Of a DNA stretch of 64,000 nt, positions 23,145-35,958 are shown one piece after another (the stretch's first letter is position 1; every line of letters begins with the position of its first letter). This stretch comes from Lepidodermella squamata (taxonomy: Eukaryota; Animalia; Gastrotricha). Position numbers and translations under genes: made by a program. The notes under the pieces were generated by a model, which saw only the letters and a list, made by a program, of their open reading frames with translations, ran no database searches and had not been told where the DNA came from. The stretch spans positions 1,178,001 through 1,242,000 of the forward strand of contig JBLDXI010000028.1 in NCBI GenBank assembly GCA_047495785.1, read 5' to 3'.

Positions 23145-24476
23145 TAGATCTCCAGTCTTGAGGCTCCGACTTATTCATGTAAAATTCATGTGGAAATGGA
23201 CTTGTGGTTAATGTTGAGAGCCATGAATAAAGTGACTTCAAGTGAAAGGAGCGTTTTTTGGCCATAGTTAGGGATTCAGAAATTCCCATAAGTTATTTAG
23301 CTTATAAAGGAACATGAGAGCTGTCCTTCTGTTACTTCGGAAATTTGTGTGCAAAACTTTCGGGCGGATTTTGAAGCCCGGAGCCGTATAGCCCCCCGTC
23401 ATGCAAAAATGCACGTTGAAAATCAATTAGAACTCCAGATCAAAAGGCTCGATCGGGGCGAACATGTTGGTATAGTCACCAAATCGCTAGTTCCACCCTA
23501 TCGTTATTATATCAAGTCTCCAGTTGAATTTATGTGCAAATAATTTAATCTGCCCCTGATTCATATTATTGGTGTCTGAGGAGCCAGATTCATAGGCGCC
23601 GCTTGGTAAATTCGCCTGGAACTCAAGTTGACGGTTTACGTATGCGATGAGCAAACTTTGCAGCTCGAATTCGGGCTGATTGCATGGGTTTGACGATAGT
23701 TAGCGCCGTAAGCCCCTTGAAGGCATTTATCAGAAAGGTTCCCTTCAATAGTCAATGCTACACAGCGAGTAGAACCACAGTTTTTCTAAGGTTCCTTCGC
23801 CATACGCCTGCATAATAAATGGGATAATATTGCTGCGACTGATGAAATTATGAAATTAACTATTGTCATGAATCTTTCTCGAAGCTTTCATCGCTTTTTT
23901 AGCAACAGAATAATATCCCGAGTTTTAATTACGCCATTGCGATTCGAAGTTTTTCTTACTGCGGTGATGAGAATTTCATTCCGCAGTGAAAATTATGCTC
24001 AAATCTCAATTTGTGGTTGAAGCAGTTTACGCCTGTAACATTAAGTAAAAAAAAAGCTGAAATGATTAATCTAATAAAGTGATTTCTTCCGTCACGCGAA
24101 AAAACGCAAACAAATAGTCATAGAGAACGTATAGAGAACGTAGCGATCTAAATCAGTAGTAAATTAAGGCAGCTTTTCCACAACAACTTTCAATTTATTA
24201 GCTATTTTACCATCACTCATCCTATCACCTTAATTTTTCATTTTTTTTCTCTATGGTCTAGATGGATCATGAATCGCATTTCAACAGGCTCACGAATGTC
24301 ACAAAAAAAACTCGCATTTTTTAAATTCGATGCGAGACAAAGTAGGATTAGCTGTAGAAAAATGCCTAGATGTAGAAAAAATGAATCGTATGAACATGGT
24401 CCGATAGGATTAAATATAATTCCCGAATGAATATCAATAGTTCTTTCGAAGTTCACAGGGAGCTAATTTGTGTGTT

Positions 24477-25690
24477 TCAATTAATTTTGATCAGCTTGCC
24501 GTATTTCTCCAGAAATTGGTCGAAATTCATCATTTTCGGGTTCAGCTTCTTCGACCCTTCCAGATCACGAATCGCGCCAATTTTATCCGGAAAATCATGC
24601 CGTGCCTGGAACATATTAGCCATTTCAACTGCGCCAGGAAATGGGAATTTTCGGAAAACATCAAACGAAACCGGGCGGTACTCGACTTTCTCCCCGAGAA
24701 TTTTCGAAATTTTTTCAAGGTACTCCGGGAGAGTCAAAAATTCACTGGCAATCGCGATCCTCTTGCCGATCCATGTCGGGTCTTTGAAAATTCCGAAGGC
24801 GCATCGGCCCATATCGTCGAAAGCTAACCCAGGCATGGGGATCTGCCCCCCGGGTATTGAAGTCGACAGTTTACCATCCGGCCCGCGGTTGATTTTGAAA
24901 TTGCCGTTGCTGAAGTTGTCCCAGAAAAAAGGCGTCATAAGGTAGGTCACCGGTTGGTCCGCGAACAGGTGGTCGCAGGAGGCTTTTGTTTCGAAATGAG
25001 GCACCTTGTACTTTCCGAACAGCGTTGGCATGCGGTCATCGCTCAGTGGGATGAATTTAGAGGTATCATCCAGGGTAGACCAGATAACGTGTTTAATACC
25101 AGCTTTTCTAATGGAAACAATATTCAGATTTTTCAAATTCAATTGCGTGGATTTATCTTTTTTCCAATTTGGATCTTCAAAATTTTTCAAATTTCTCCAG
25201 AAAAAATGGAAAATTTGAATAATAACCAGTTTTCACGAAAAATTTTAATTTGAAAATTGAATCGAATACAAATTTGTGGTAATAAATTAGAGATAAGTCG
25301 AAGTTTGAGTCTGCCACAAACCTGGCAGCATTAGCCATTGATTTGATTTGAGCAATCTCCTTCTCCGGGTCATTCCAATCGATAACAGAGACACAGAACA
25401 AGCCATAAGAGTCTTTGATAGCCTCAGCTAGCGCGTCTTCATGATTAGCATCGACCTGAACGACTTCAACGCCCTTCTCAGCCAAGGCCTTGGACGCAGC
25501 TGAGTTTCGATCCCGAGTTAAAGCTCGAGCTTTGAATTTGGTTCCAGAATCTTCCAAAATCGCTCGCACAACAGCACCACCCTTAAAAACATAGATTAAA
25601 TTCTGAGATTAAATTATCAATGTTATTGAGAAAATTTACCTGATTGCCCGTTGCTCCAACGACAGAGATAATTTTCTTCTCAGCAGGCAT
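24477..25690 (-). CDS. NmrA/HSCARG-like NAD(P)-binding Rossmann-fold protein
   Basis: Exons 25690-25640, 25581-25322, 25107-24477; ISVVGATGNQGGAVVRA, RALTRD, HVIWSTL, KVPHFETKA, FFWDNF. Confidence 0.9.
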
Positions 25691-26034
25691 ATAGGAAAGT
25701 TAGGATGATATGATGATATGAAAAATTATGACTTGGAGAGAGCGAGAAAGAACAACGAATTGCGTTCTATATTCTGCGCATGGCGCACACCTACAATGCG
25801 CCTTTTATACACTACACAAATTTTTGATCGACTTTGGGAGACACAGAAACAGATTGCAAGTTTTTTTTGCCCGACGTCTGAGACACTGAACAACATTTGA
25901 CCGACTATTGCAGACAGTGTGCGGCTAGTACAATTATTAGGGGTGCACTCGAATAGCATGAATGTGCACGCACGAATAGTGATTCTGTCCCACAAATCGA
26001 TCAAATTCCCTATAGGGTAAGGCAACTTAAATCT

Positions 26035-26663
26035 CAGCGTGTTTTTTAAGGATCGATTTGGTGTTTAATATTACGGTTTTGGAGTGTAATTTTGGGGGGT
26101 GAAGACTGAAAGGTAAAGGACTGAAAGTCTTTGTAAAACGTTGTAAACCATAGTAATTTACGACGGAGAATCCGAAAAATTACTCTCGAAGTCATGGGAC
26201 GCACCCTACCTGCTCAGGTAAGCCATCTTACCTGGATTTTTCGATCCACACCTGCCCAGGTGATGCTGATGAAAAAATAAAAAGCACCATCGTAATCAGC
26301 GTCATTTGTTACGTTATATAACAAATTCTCACGTTTGTTATGTGCTGCTGTCAGATATAACAAATGGGGTCCCAAATCGATGCACCCTTTTTACAGTGTA
26401 AAAGCTGAACTTAACAGCAAAAGTTGGCAGCACGCCAACGAAAGGTGATGCAAGTGTAATTTTTGTTTCTACCGACTAGTATTGGTCCATAACAATCCAT
26501 AACAAATGATGAGACTTCCAGGACAAGTGGAAGATAGTGCTGATGAAAACACGCTGCTAGGTTCCGTTGGGTGATTTCGGCCACATTTTGCCCTTTTTGG
26601 TGTTTAAAAATTTCTCGTTTGGTGTTTAAAATTTAAACTGTTAAACTGCTTAAAAAAACACTG
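26035..26663. mobile_element. Non-autonomous DNA transposon with 9-bp target-site duplication
   Basis: CTTAAATCT at 26026-26034 and 26664-26672; imperfect TIRs CAGCGTGTTTTTTAAG / CTTAAAAAAACACTG; internal segment repeated at about 42780-42925. Confidence 0.65.
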
Positions 26664-27847
26664 CTTAAATCTGCATGAGAAAAAGTCGCTTTCTTCCGGG
26701 GCTGTGCAGCTTCACTGACCTGGTTCCATGCACATATCATCGTTGAATGCCTCGAATTTAGATTTAAACTTGAAGAGCAATCATTTAAAATCGGTTGAGT
26801 ATGCCATAAATCTGCATAAAAGCTTCACTTCGAGCTTGCTAGAGACAAAAACTGGGGCATCTTTTCGTCTCATTCGGATAAAGTCTTTGATACCAATTTC
26901 AAGCCGGAATTTTGCGAAATTCAACTTTATCACTTTCCACTTTTGTGAAAATCTTGAATTTAAAACTAAAATGGGGTATTCTAACAATAATTTTTTTTTA
27001 ACCCGTATTAGCACGAAACACACGCCTATGTGCGTTAATTTCGAAAAATTCCTGTGCGTTAACGGTCTTGAGCCTGTCCGATTATGATACTCAGGGCAGA
27101 ATTTCTGAAAATGCTATTCGTAAGTACTGTGAAGGCGTGGCTTTTGTGGATTGAAAAGCCTTAACAACAGTCGAAGTCAAATCAAATTAAAAGAAACTGA
27201 TCAACTTCAAGATGGTGTCTTCTTCCAATCTTTTCCATTCGTCGGAATCATCCGAAACGTGATGGACTCGAATACATCCGAGCTGACAAAAGAGACGCGA
27301 CACCACCAGACAGCAGGTGCTTGAGCACGGCTTGAGTGGGGCTCGATCGTAACATGATCGTAACATGATCGTAACGCGTGCTGCTCACAACACAACTCAG
27401 CACAAACCACAACTCAGAAAACCTGCTACCAAACTTTGTGTTAAGTGTTATCAAGCTGATTCGAATAAAGTAAAAATTTTGATAAAATTTTAAAATTATA
27501 TATTTTTTGAAGGTTTTTTCGACCGCGAAAATTCTTTCGGCCAACCTGTTGTCAGCTGACAGCTGTTTTTTTTAGTTTTCTAGTTTCAGGTTTTTTGTTT
27601 CTGGTTACGAACTTCGTCCTCTGTTCAACTTCCCTCTTTTCTGCTCGCCTCTAACGTTTCTTGTATGCTTATGCTGTCAGATAAGGAGCACCCAATCGCC
27701 TATTCGGCATAATGACTCCCAAATGTTTGCTCCCAGCCCTTTTTCTCCAGCCCGGGACCATTTCTTGGTTGTCTTGGTCTCGATCTCTTTTGTGTTTTCT
27801 CATTTCATAACTCATACACTTTTCAAATGTTATTGTGCTTTTAGAGT

Positions 27848-30800
27848 ATGTCAGCTGTTGAGAAAAAGCTGTCAAACTTGTCAAACCGTAGAAGTGGTCC
27901 CAGCGCAGACCAAGCTTTTAATCATGATACCGTCAATAGGCTGAAATCTTCGCCTTTGCTGGGCTTTTCCACCTTCTCCGAGTTTCTTCAGCGAACTCAT
28001 GATGTAGAAGTTTGGCGAAAAGGAAAATTCGAGGGCCGTTACAAAGTGCGATTTGCACATGACTGTGGCCTTCTTCTTTTCTTCAGTGATTCATTTGTAG
28101 AATACCCGAAGCTGGCGACGCTAAAAATTCCCACTCACTCCATTCAGGAAGTCAGAGCTGGGGGCAAAGATGTTCGAGACATGCCTGAAGGGAAAAATCA
28201 GCGAAATTGTTTTGCTATTTACTACGACAGCAAGTTCAACCTGCAAACGATAATCGTAGTCGTTGAAAGCGAGGACCTCCAATACAACTGGGTTCATGGT
28301 CTGACCCAGCAGATGAATTTAGTAAAGCAGATGAAGCGAGCTGATTACGTAAAGCAGTGGCTCACGGCTGAATTCATCCACCTTGTCTCAGGACCAGATT
28401 ATTCGCAAATCACTCAATCGCGATTGCTGAAAAACTTCTTTACACATATCCCCTATTCCAGATGGATATCTCAGCAGCCTAGCGTGCGCAACGGCGTTAG
28501 TCTATTGTGGAATGACTTTCATCGCTTGTTCTACGAGCTGCTTCACATCCCCCAAAATGGATTTCCGTCATTTCGTGAACTGTTTGGCGCTCATGATCAG
28601 ATGACGCCTGAAATTTTCAAATCATTCCTCGATAAAAACAAATCTCGAGTAGGCAGCACTTCAGATCTTACCGGCTTGTTAACTTATTCTCAATCACTGC
28701 CTGACGTATCAGCCCTTGGTCGATTTGTTCACAAATACGACTTTTATGACTACCTCTTCAGTCCGATGAATTCCATTTTCGACGATGAGTGCAATCGCGT
28801 CTACCAAGATATGGAACAACCACTGTCAAACTACTTTATTTATTCGTCTCACAACACGTATCTAACTGGCGACCAGTTGAATTCAGAATCTTCCGTTGAA
28901 TGTTACATCAGATCGTTAAGAATGGGCTGTCGCTGCATTGAGTTAGATTGTTGGGATTACAAGGGCGAAATCGTCATTTACCACGGCCACACTCTGACGA
29001 GTAAAATTCGTTTTGTCGACGTTTTAGAGGCGATCAAGTTACACGCTTTCGACACATCTGATTTTCCTGTTATTCTATCAATTGAAGATCACTGCAGCGT
29101 TGCCTCGCAGAAAATCATGGCGGACCATTTTAAATACATCTTGGGCGACTTATTGTTGACCTCGCCAATCGAACCAAACGAAAAAGTTTTACCATCGCCG
29201 AATAAATTGAAGCGAAAAATAATTATAAAGCACAAAAAGTTGCCGGATTTTCCTGAAGAACAGCCGAAAAATTACGATGTGAATCGCCAGAATAGCACCA
29301 GTGGCGAAGAGTCAACTATTGAAGATCGAGATTCGATTGTTGGAACTTATGTTTTGTTTCTCGAGGATCCATTGCGACAAGTTTGGCGTGATTACACGGC
29401 CGTTTTACGGGCTGGCCGTCTAGAATGGGCCGAGGTCGTTCAAACACCGGCCGAGGAAGAAAATTCCGATGACAATGACACTTCAATTCAGGACGATGTG
29501 TCCCAAGAAATTTTCTACCACGGCCCGTTGCGCTTTGCCGAGGCTAAAAATGTGATTAAAAACGCCGGTAAGGGCAACGGGTCGTTTCTACTGAGAGACA
29601 GCGAACGTCAACCAGGCGATTTTACCATTTCTTTCCTATACTCTGGCGATGTTTACCACGTTCGAGTTTCATGCAAACGAGCTGCTGATGGCTCGCCCAA
29701 ATATTCGCTACACGCTGATCGGACTTTTTCATCGATTTTCGAGCTCATTGAATACTACAAGAAAGCTCCGATTCAATCGAAAGAATTTTGCCAACTTTTA
29801 ACCGTCCCAATTCCGGTTGTTGATCACTTCGATGAACAGCCGTGGTTTCATAGTGATTTGTCGCGAAGTCAAGCCGAGCAGGTGATTCATTTCATCGACG
29901 ACGACGGGGCGTATTTGGTGCGTAGGCGCAATTTGATGCCGAATGACGAGGGTGATCGGCCGTTTGCCATCACATTTCGAGTTCGCGGCTGCATCCGTCA
30001 TTGCCATGTTCATTACAACAAAGAATCGATGACTTACGAATTGGGCGGCGTTGAAATGCCGGCGCTTAGCCATTTGATATCGTATTTCGGCCGCCACCCG
30101 TTGTACAAAGGCCAGAAGCTGGTGAGGCATATCACGACGTTGGAAGCGAATCGCTGCTTGCAAATTTTGCAAATGTCCGCTAATGGCAATGCGAGTTCGG
30201 GCGCGTACTACGTGCCGGTTAATTCGGTTTGCCGGGCTAAGGACGACTATCGACCGTCGAGCGTGCAAGGCGGCGGTTTTGCTGGCTTCTTCCGCGGAGA
30301 CATCATCACACGTAAGCAATATTTACCCTCAAAGCCTAAGTTTTAGCTTCCAGTTTGATCGTGAAATTCAATGACAGGCGCATCTTTGAGCCAAAGAACT
30401 AACTAAGAACGAATTTTTCTTGTTGGGTCTGTTTAATTTTTAGATTAAGATTTCCGTAATAATTTAGGAATCCAGGAAACTGTTTGCCCGTAAGCCTAAA
30501 ACTGTAATATTTCTTTTTCAAAAACTAAATTGTTGCTGATAAAATTGAGAAATTGCGATTCCAGACTTATTTTTATTAATTGTGGGCTTTGCTAATAAAA
30601 AGAAAACTTCCACAGAATTTCTAAAATGCTGAATTTGAAGTATTGAAGTCTATCGCTCTTAGTTTTAGCATCTATTTTGGATTTTCGAAATGTTATCGGA
30701 AGAAAAAGTGATGAATCTATTTTATTTATAAAGGGAGAAAATATTAGAATGTAACCTTGGGCTATAATGCTTTCATTTTTATGATTTCTCAATCGGAAAT

Positions 30801-33800
30801 TTAAAGCCTCAAATTTACAGCGAAAATTTCGCCATAATTTAGCTCGGGGAAACGCGCCGAAACACTTTTTCATTTCTCGAATTTCGATAAATTTGAAAAT
30901 TTTGAACGCACATTTGCCAACAATTTTAGCTTTATTTTTCCGTCCTCTATATTGACCTCATTTATTGCCCCATTGTTGTTACTTCTAATCACGAATTGAC
31001 AATTATTTGACTACAATTTTTTGGACCTTCGTAATATTAGAGGCCTAAACAATTTTCATTCCCGTATAAATGCGTCATTTTTAACGAGCGATAATGCCGT
31101 TTTATTAAAATCACGATCTTATCTCTTAGATTTTGCGTTGTTTTCATGTTCGAAAACGCAATTATCATGGCTAATTTTTCTTGTTTCTTATTTTGCTGCT
31201 CCCCCGCTGCTCTCGACAGATGTGGATATGAATTTCGTCGGTGATATGTGGAGTGGCGAGTTTGGCGGGCAGAAGCACGTGACATTTCCGCGCGCCAAGG
31301 TCGAGCCCATCGACGTGCAGGTGGTACAGCGGCAGCGCGCCAGCATCAGCCTCGACAGATGTTCATTCAGCGGCGATATCAAGTGGCACAACGGCAAGGT
31401 GAACGTGGTCGCGATTCAGGGCGCGACCGAGGCGGACGAGCCTTCAATCTACGTGTCGTTTGCGAAGCCGGAAGATAAGACCGATTTTACGAACAAATTG
31501 CAGCTATGCATGCGCTGGCTGAAGGAAGAGGCCACGAAAAAAGGTAAAAAAAAGTGGAGTTTAAATGAAAAAAATGAATCATTGATTAGTCACAAAAAAA
31601 CGAATTTTACGCCCATTTTATTCCGATAAAATTAATTAAAACAAAATTTTGATTGAGCTGTAAATGGTTTGCAGTGATCGGTCAGACTTTTCAACAGTGG
31701 CATATCGTGAAAAATTCGATGTAAAGTCACTCAGGTTGTGGACGAAGATACCTAGATCCGGTGCTTACGGGGGTTATAAATGATGATAAATTGAAAAAAT
31801 GGCTCAGTTATCGTTAGCGCAAGTGTTGTAGGACGATTTATTTTTAATTTTTGTCGTTTTTTCTTCTTATTTTAGGCGATGTCGAGTCGAAGAAGCAAAT
31901 AGCCCGTGAACTGTCTGATTTGGTTGTGTACTGCCGAGCCGGGCGCGGATTTCCCAAGGAAAATTTCCGCCTGCCCGACTGTAAAGACATGTGTTCATTT
32001 GTCGAGAATAGAGCCAGCGTAATGTGCGGCCCGACCAAAGTTCGCCAAATGCTGGAATTCACCATGGAGCATCTTGTCCGCGTCTATCCAAACGGATTCC
32101 GCATCCAGTCCAGCAATTATGGTAAATTTTGTCTCATATTTGTGGTTCATAGTTTCAATATGAAATGATATTTTTCATTTGTTCTTGAATTTTAATCAAA
32201 ATATTTTTTAGCGAAACACAAATTTAAATCTTGACACTTCATTTTTTATATTCTTTCGTTGAGTCATGATTACGTTGTGTTCTCAAAGTGAGATGATCAA
32301 TTTATGTTAATTTATTTGGATTTTATATGCGCGTTTTTGAACAACACAACATATAAGCTTTATTTTGATATCTGAATCATTGAAATCCGAAAGTTCTACG
32401 TCGACTATGGAAGCAGCTACAGCTTTTTGAATAGAACTAGTAAAAAAAGCGAAAAATGAGCAGGCAGAGGAGAAGAGAAAACTGCTAATGAAATGTGCTT
32501 TGCGAACCATAAAAATGCAAATGAAAAAGAGGCAAAAAGTGAACAAGTCACGATATTGATGACAGTTTTGCAATGACATTAAATTCGGTATCTGATTTTT
32601 AAATCGTAACAGGGTGATATCGATAAGAAAAAAATTGAGATTTTAAGGTGGATATTGACTTAAAACCATATTTTTGTGAAGTTAAGCGCTGGAACCGTAA
32701 ATTTAGACAGTTCACTTGTCTTATTGAATATTTCGAAAAAATATCAATTTTTTTAGCGTCAAATGTGATTGAAACATGAGTTTTTTTCTCAATTTTTCAT
32801 TTTATTGCTAATTTTCCAGACCCGTTTTTTGTATGGCTCGCCGGCGCGCAAATGGCGGCACTGAATTTCCAAACCGCGGATAAGCCGCGTCAAATCAACG
32901 ACGCGCTGTTCTTCGACAACGGCCGTTGCGGCTACGTGCTGAAGCCGCAGTTCATGGCCGACCCGCGCTATTCGCCGTTCAACGTGCCGAGCCAAGACTT
33001 TGAGACCGAGTGCCTGAAGCCGGTTAACGTCAACCTGGTCATCCTAGCCGGGCGGTTGTTCCCACGCCGCGGCACGGCGTCGAGCCCACGAGTTGAGGTT
33101 GAAGTCATCGGCTGCCCGTACGATATGAAAACGAACGGCGGTGGGGTGAAGAATTTTTTCGGCACGAAACCGGTTCGCAATTCGTTTTGCCCGGTTTGGA
33201 ACGAACGCGTGTACTTTGAAGTTCGAAATCCTGATTTGGCCCTGCTGCGATTTTCGGTTGTTGAGGTCAACGATTTCGGGGACAATCGGCTACTAGGGCA
33301 ATTCACGGCTCGACTTCGCTGCCTGCGTCAAGGTAAATTTTCTTGAGTTTTTCTATGGTGATGGAATTGATGGATTGATAAACAAAGGAAAATCTGTCTT
33401 GAAGGAAGTGGTTCAGTCCTACCTGAAGTTGAACCTAAACTTGAATTTTTAGGCAGAAGGGGAATTGAGTTGGGGTTGGGTTGGTAGTAGGCGGGTTTTG
33501 GGTGGGGTTAACTGGGTATATTGTCAAATTTGGCGTTTCTTTTGTCAAATTCATCGCAAAACGTCTCAATACAGTCTGTTTTTAATATTAAAAATCCGGA
33601 GAGCTGAAACCAGCTGAAAATGGGAATATTAAGGAGGCGTGGGCGATAGGTGCCGTAGTCGTTACCGATGGCGGCACCGTAGGTCGATGTAATAGCAGAA
33701 ATATCGTTGGGCTAGCGCATGAAGAGCAGTAGGTTGTTCTGACGAGCGACGAGATCACGTTCGAGCACGAAAAGGAACGCGTCGGCTACGGCTGGGACGC

Positions 33801-34299
33801 TGTTGAAACCGAGTGGAAATAGAGTGGAACTGTTATTAGTCTCGAGGAATTTCATCCAACAGACATTTCTGCTGACTTGAATTAAAATTGAAAATTAATT
33901 TGAATTAATATTCAATCGAAATTACAAGAATTTGAATATTTACCTCAAATTTTGGTGTGAATTTATTGTTCAAAGAATCTAATTTTATATTTTCAATTTT
34001 TAGGGTTCCGCTCTGTGCCGTTGCGCAACGAATTCGGCGAAACGATACCTATGGCCTCCCTCCTGATCGAACTGAACATTCAACCGCGAGACGTACCCTA
34101 CGACGAGAGTCTCTACTCGGCCATACCGATGTTTGTCAGCCAAGAAACGCTGAGTGGCCAACTGAGCACGTCGGATTCGGGCGTATTCAACCCAAGCATC
34201 ACCAGCCAACAACAACAACAACAACCACAACAACAACAGCAATCTGTTAACTACAGCCCTAGCATCTCGAGCCGATCGAGCCGGGGCAATTTTCGATAA
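27848..34299 (+). CDS. PLCG: Phospholipase C-gamma (PH, EF, X, SH2-SH2-SH3, split PH, Y, C2; polyQ tail)
   Basis: Exons 27848-30311, 31220-31543, 31876-32121, 32820-33332, 34004-34299; SSHNTYL, GCRCIELDCWD, IYHGHTLT, FLLRDSE, ELSDLVVYC, RVYP..SSNYDP, ALNFQT, GYVLKP; GAYYVPVN at the Y783-like position. Confidence 0.93.
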
Positions 34300-34972
34300 A
34301 AATAAATTATTGATAACTAAATTAACCCATTTTTGTGAAAAAATAATAATCTCTAATTTTAATTAGGAAATTTAGGGAATTTTATGTGAATAATCTCGAA
34401 TATCGCCAAATTCTTGTAACTTATTTCATCGAAAAAATTGAACAACGAAAAATTTGACCAAAAATTTAAAGATGAACAACCCGTGTCTTCCTATTTTTCA
34501 TTCCGAACAATTGAAAAAAATATTTTAATTATTATATATGGCTATTATATAAAGTTTGTGAAAGGTACTGTGTGATATTGTGCTATGTATATAATCAAGC
34601 AATAAAAATGTTAGGTGCATTTTATACTTGCAATAGAAACTTATGTAACGCTTGCCCAATTTTTCACTGGCTACTTTTCTTCCTTCGAATTTTATAACCT
34701 GCTGTTCTTCCATAAATTTCGGCTGCTATTTGTTGCGAACTGCTGCTATTTTTATCGATAATTTTATTGTACTGCATACTATGATGAAGAGGTAGAAAAT
34801 TTTAATAAAATTCGAGTATGTCACAGGATAACAGATGCGTTTTTTACGTGCCTAATCGCTGAATCGAGGGTATAATTTTATTCGACTCGTCATAGTCGCA
34901 TGACGTCATGCGTGACCCTGAATTTCAACTATTTAAAGGTGCGAGTCAAAAAATAACACAACGAACAAAATA

Positions 34973-35350
34973 ATGACTTCGGCTTTGAAAAATCTAGCGA
35001 ATTGTCGGCGGCGATGCGAGGGCGCAACTTACTACCACGGTCCAATGAATTGCGCACAGGCCGTGGAGATTTTGCGAAATAGCGGCCGAGGCGATGGGTC
35101 ATTTTTGGTGCGCGACAGCGAACGACGGCCTGGTGATTTGACGCTGTCATTTATGCACAAAAATGCCGTTTATCATATCCGAATTTTCGGCAGGGCGCGG
35201 TGCTACTACATTCATGGCGAGCGGTCGTTTGTCTCGATTTCACGGTTGATTGATCACTACAGGCGAACGCCGATTCAAAGCGTTAAAGTTGTTCAAATTC
35301 TTACGCATCCTATTTCGAGTATACACGAAAATCTCTATTGCGAGTTGTAG
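34973..35350 (+). CDS. Single-SH2-domain protein with C-terminal ENLYCEL tyrosine motif
   Basis: Intronless 125-aa ORF: YYHGPM, GSFLVRDSERRPGDLTLSF, VYHIRI, FVSISRLIDHYRRTPI; TATTTAAA upstream and AATAAA downstream. Confidence 0.85.
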   Translation: MTSALKNLANCRRRCEGATYYHGPMNCAQAVEILRNSGRGDGSFLVRDSERRPGDLTLSFMHKNAVYHIRIFGRARCYYIHGERSFVSISRLIDHYRRTPIQSVKVVQILTHPISSIHENLYCEL

Positions 35351-35958
35351 ACAGGACTTTCAGTTGGACCTTAGTTTCTTGAAATAACAGTTTCATGTGA
35401 TTGCCAATTTAAAGGTAATAAAATCTCTATCGGTCATATCATTTTTTTTGGATCCATTGTGATCATAGAATTCCTAAAGCCATACAGGACGCATGCCTCC
35501 ATTTTCGAAAAATGTCGAATTTCCTATTTAAAACTTTTCATCAATTCTTCGGGGTTTCGAACCTACGGGGAAACATAAATCTATAATTTGTTATTTCGAG
35601 CATATTGTGAAAAATGCCGATACCAGCAGAAAGTGAGACTAATTCCTTGAGACTAATTCATCCCTATGGATTTTTGCGGAACCCTGTAACATCGAGCTGC
35701 AAAAAGGTTCAGAGCTCCTTTATGCAACGACCAAGGCGACGCTCATTCGGAGCATTTGCAACATGAAGGGTTTTTTATTAAGTTTAAAAATTGTAATTAA
35801 TGACGTCACAATCCAGCTGTTATATTCCGTATTGCGTAACAGAGTTGAGCAGATAACGAAAAAAATGTGTTAACACAAACCACAATGATGAATTCGAACC
35901 CGTTCGGGAAATCTATTATTTCTCTGTGTAAAGCTTTTTTTATTTTATTTCCATCATC

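Noticed and set aside
21787-23289. ORFs flanking MITE copy 2 as one interrupted gene
   Set aside because: Removing the MITE does not restore a continuous frame
27348-27375. Tandem CGTAACATGAT units as a CRISPR-like array
   Set aside because: Only about 2.5 units, no spacers, eukaryotic context
29798-30319. Antisense ORFs over PLC-gamma and similar ones over the GH16, NmrA and perilipin exons
   Set aside because: Shadow ORFs of real coding exons
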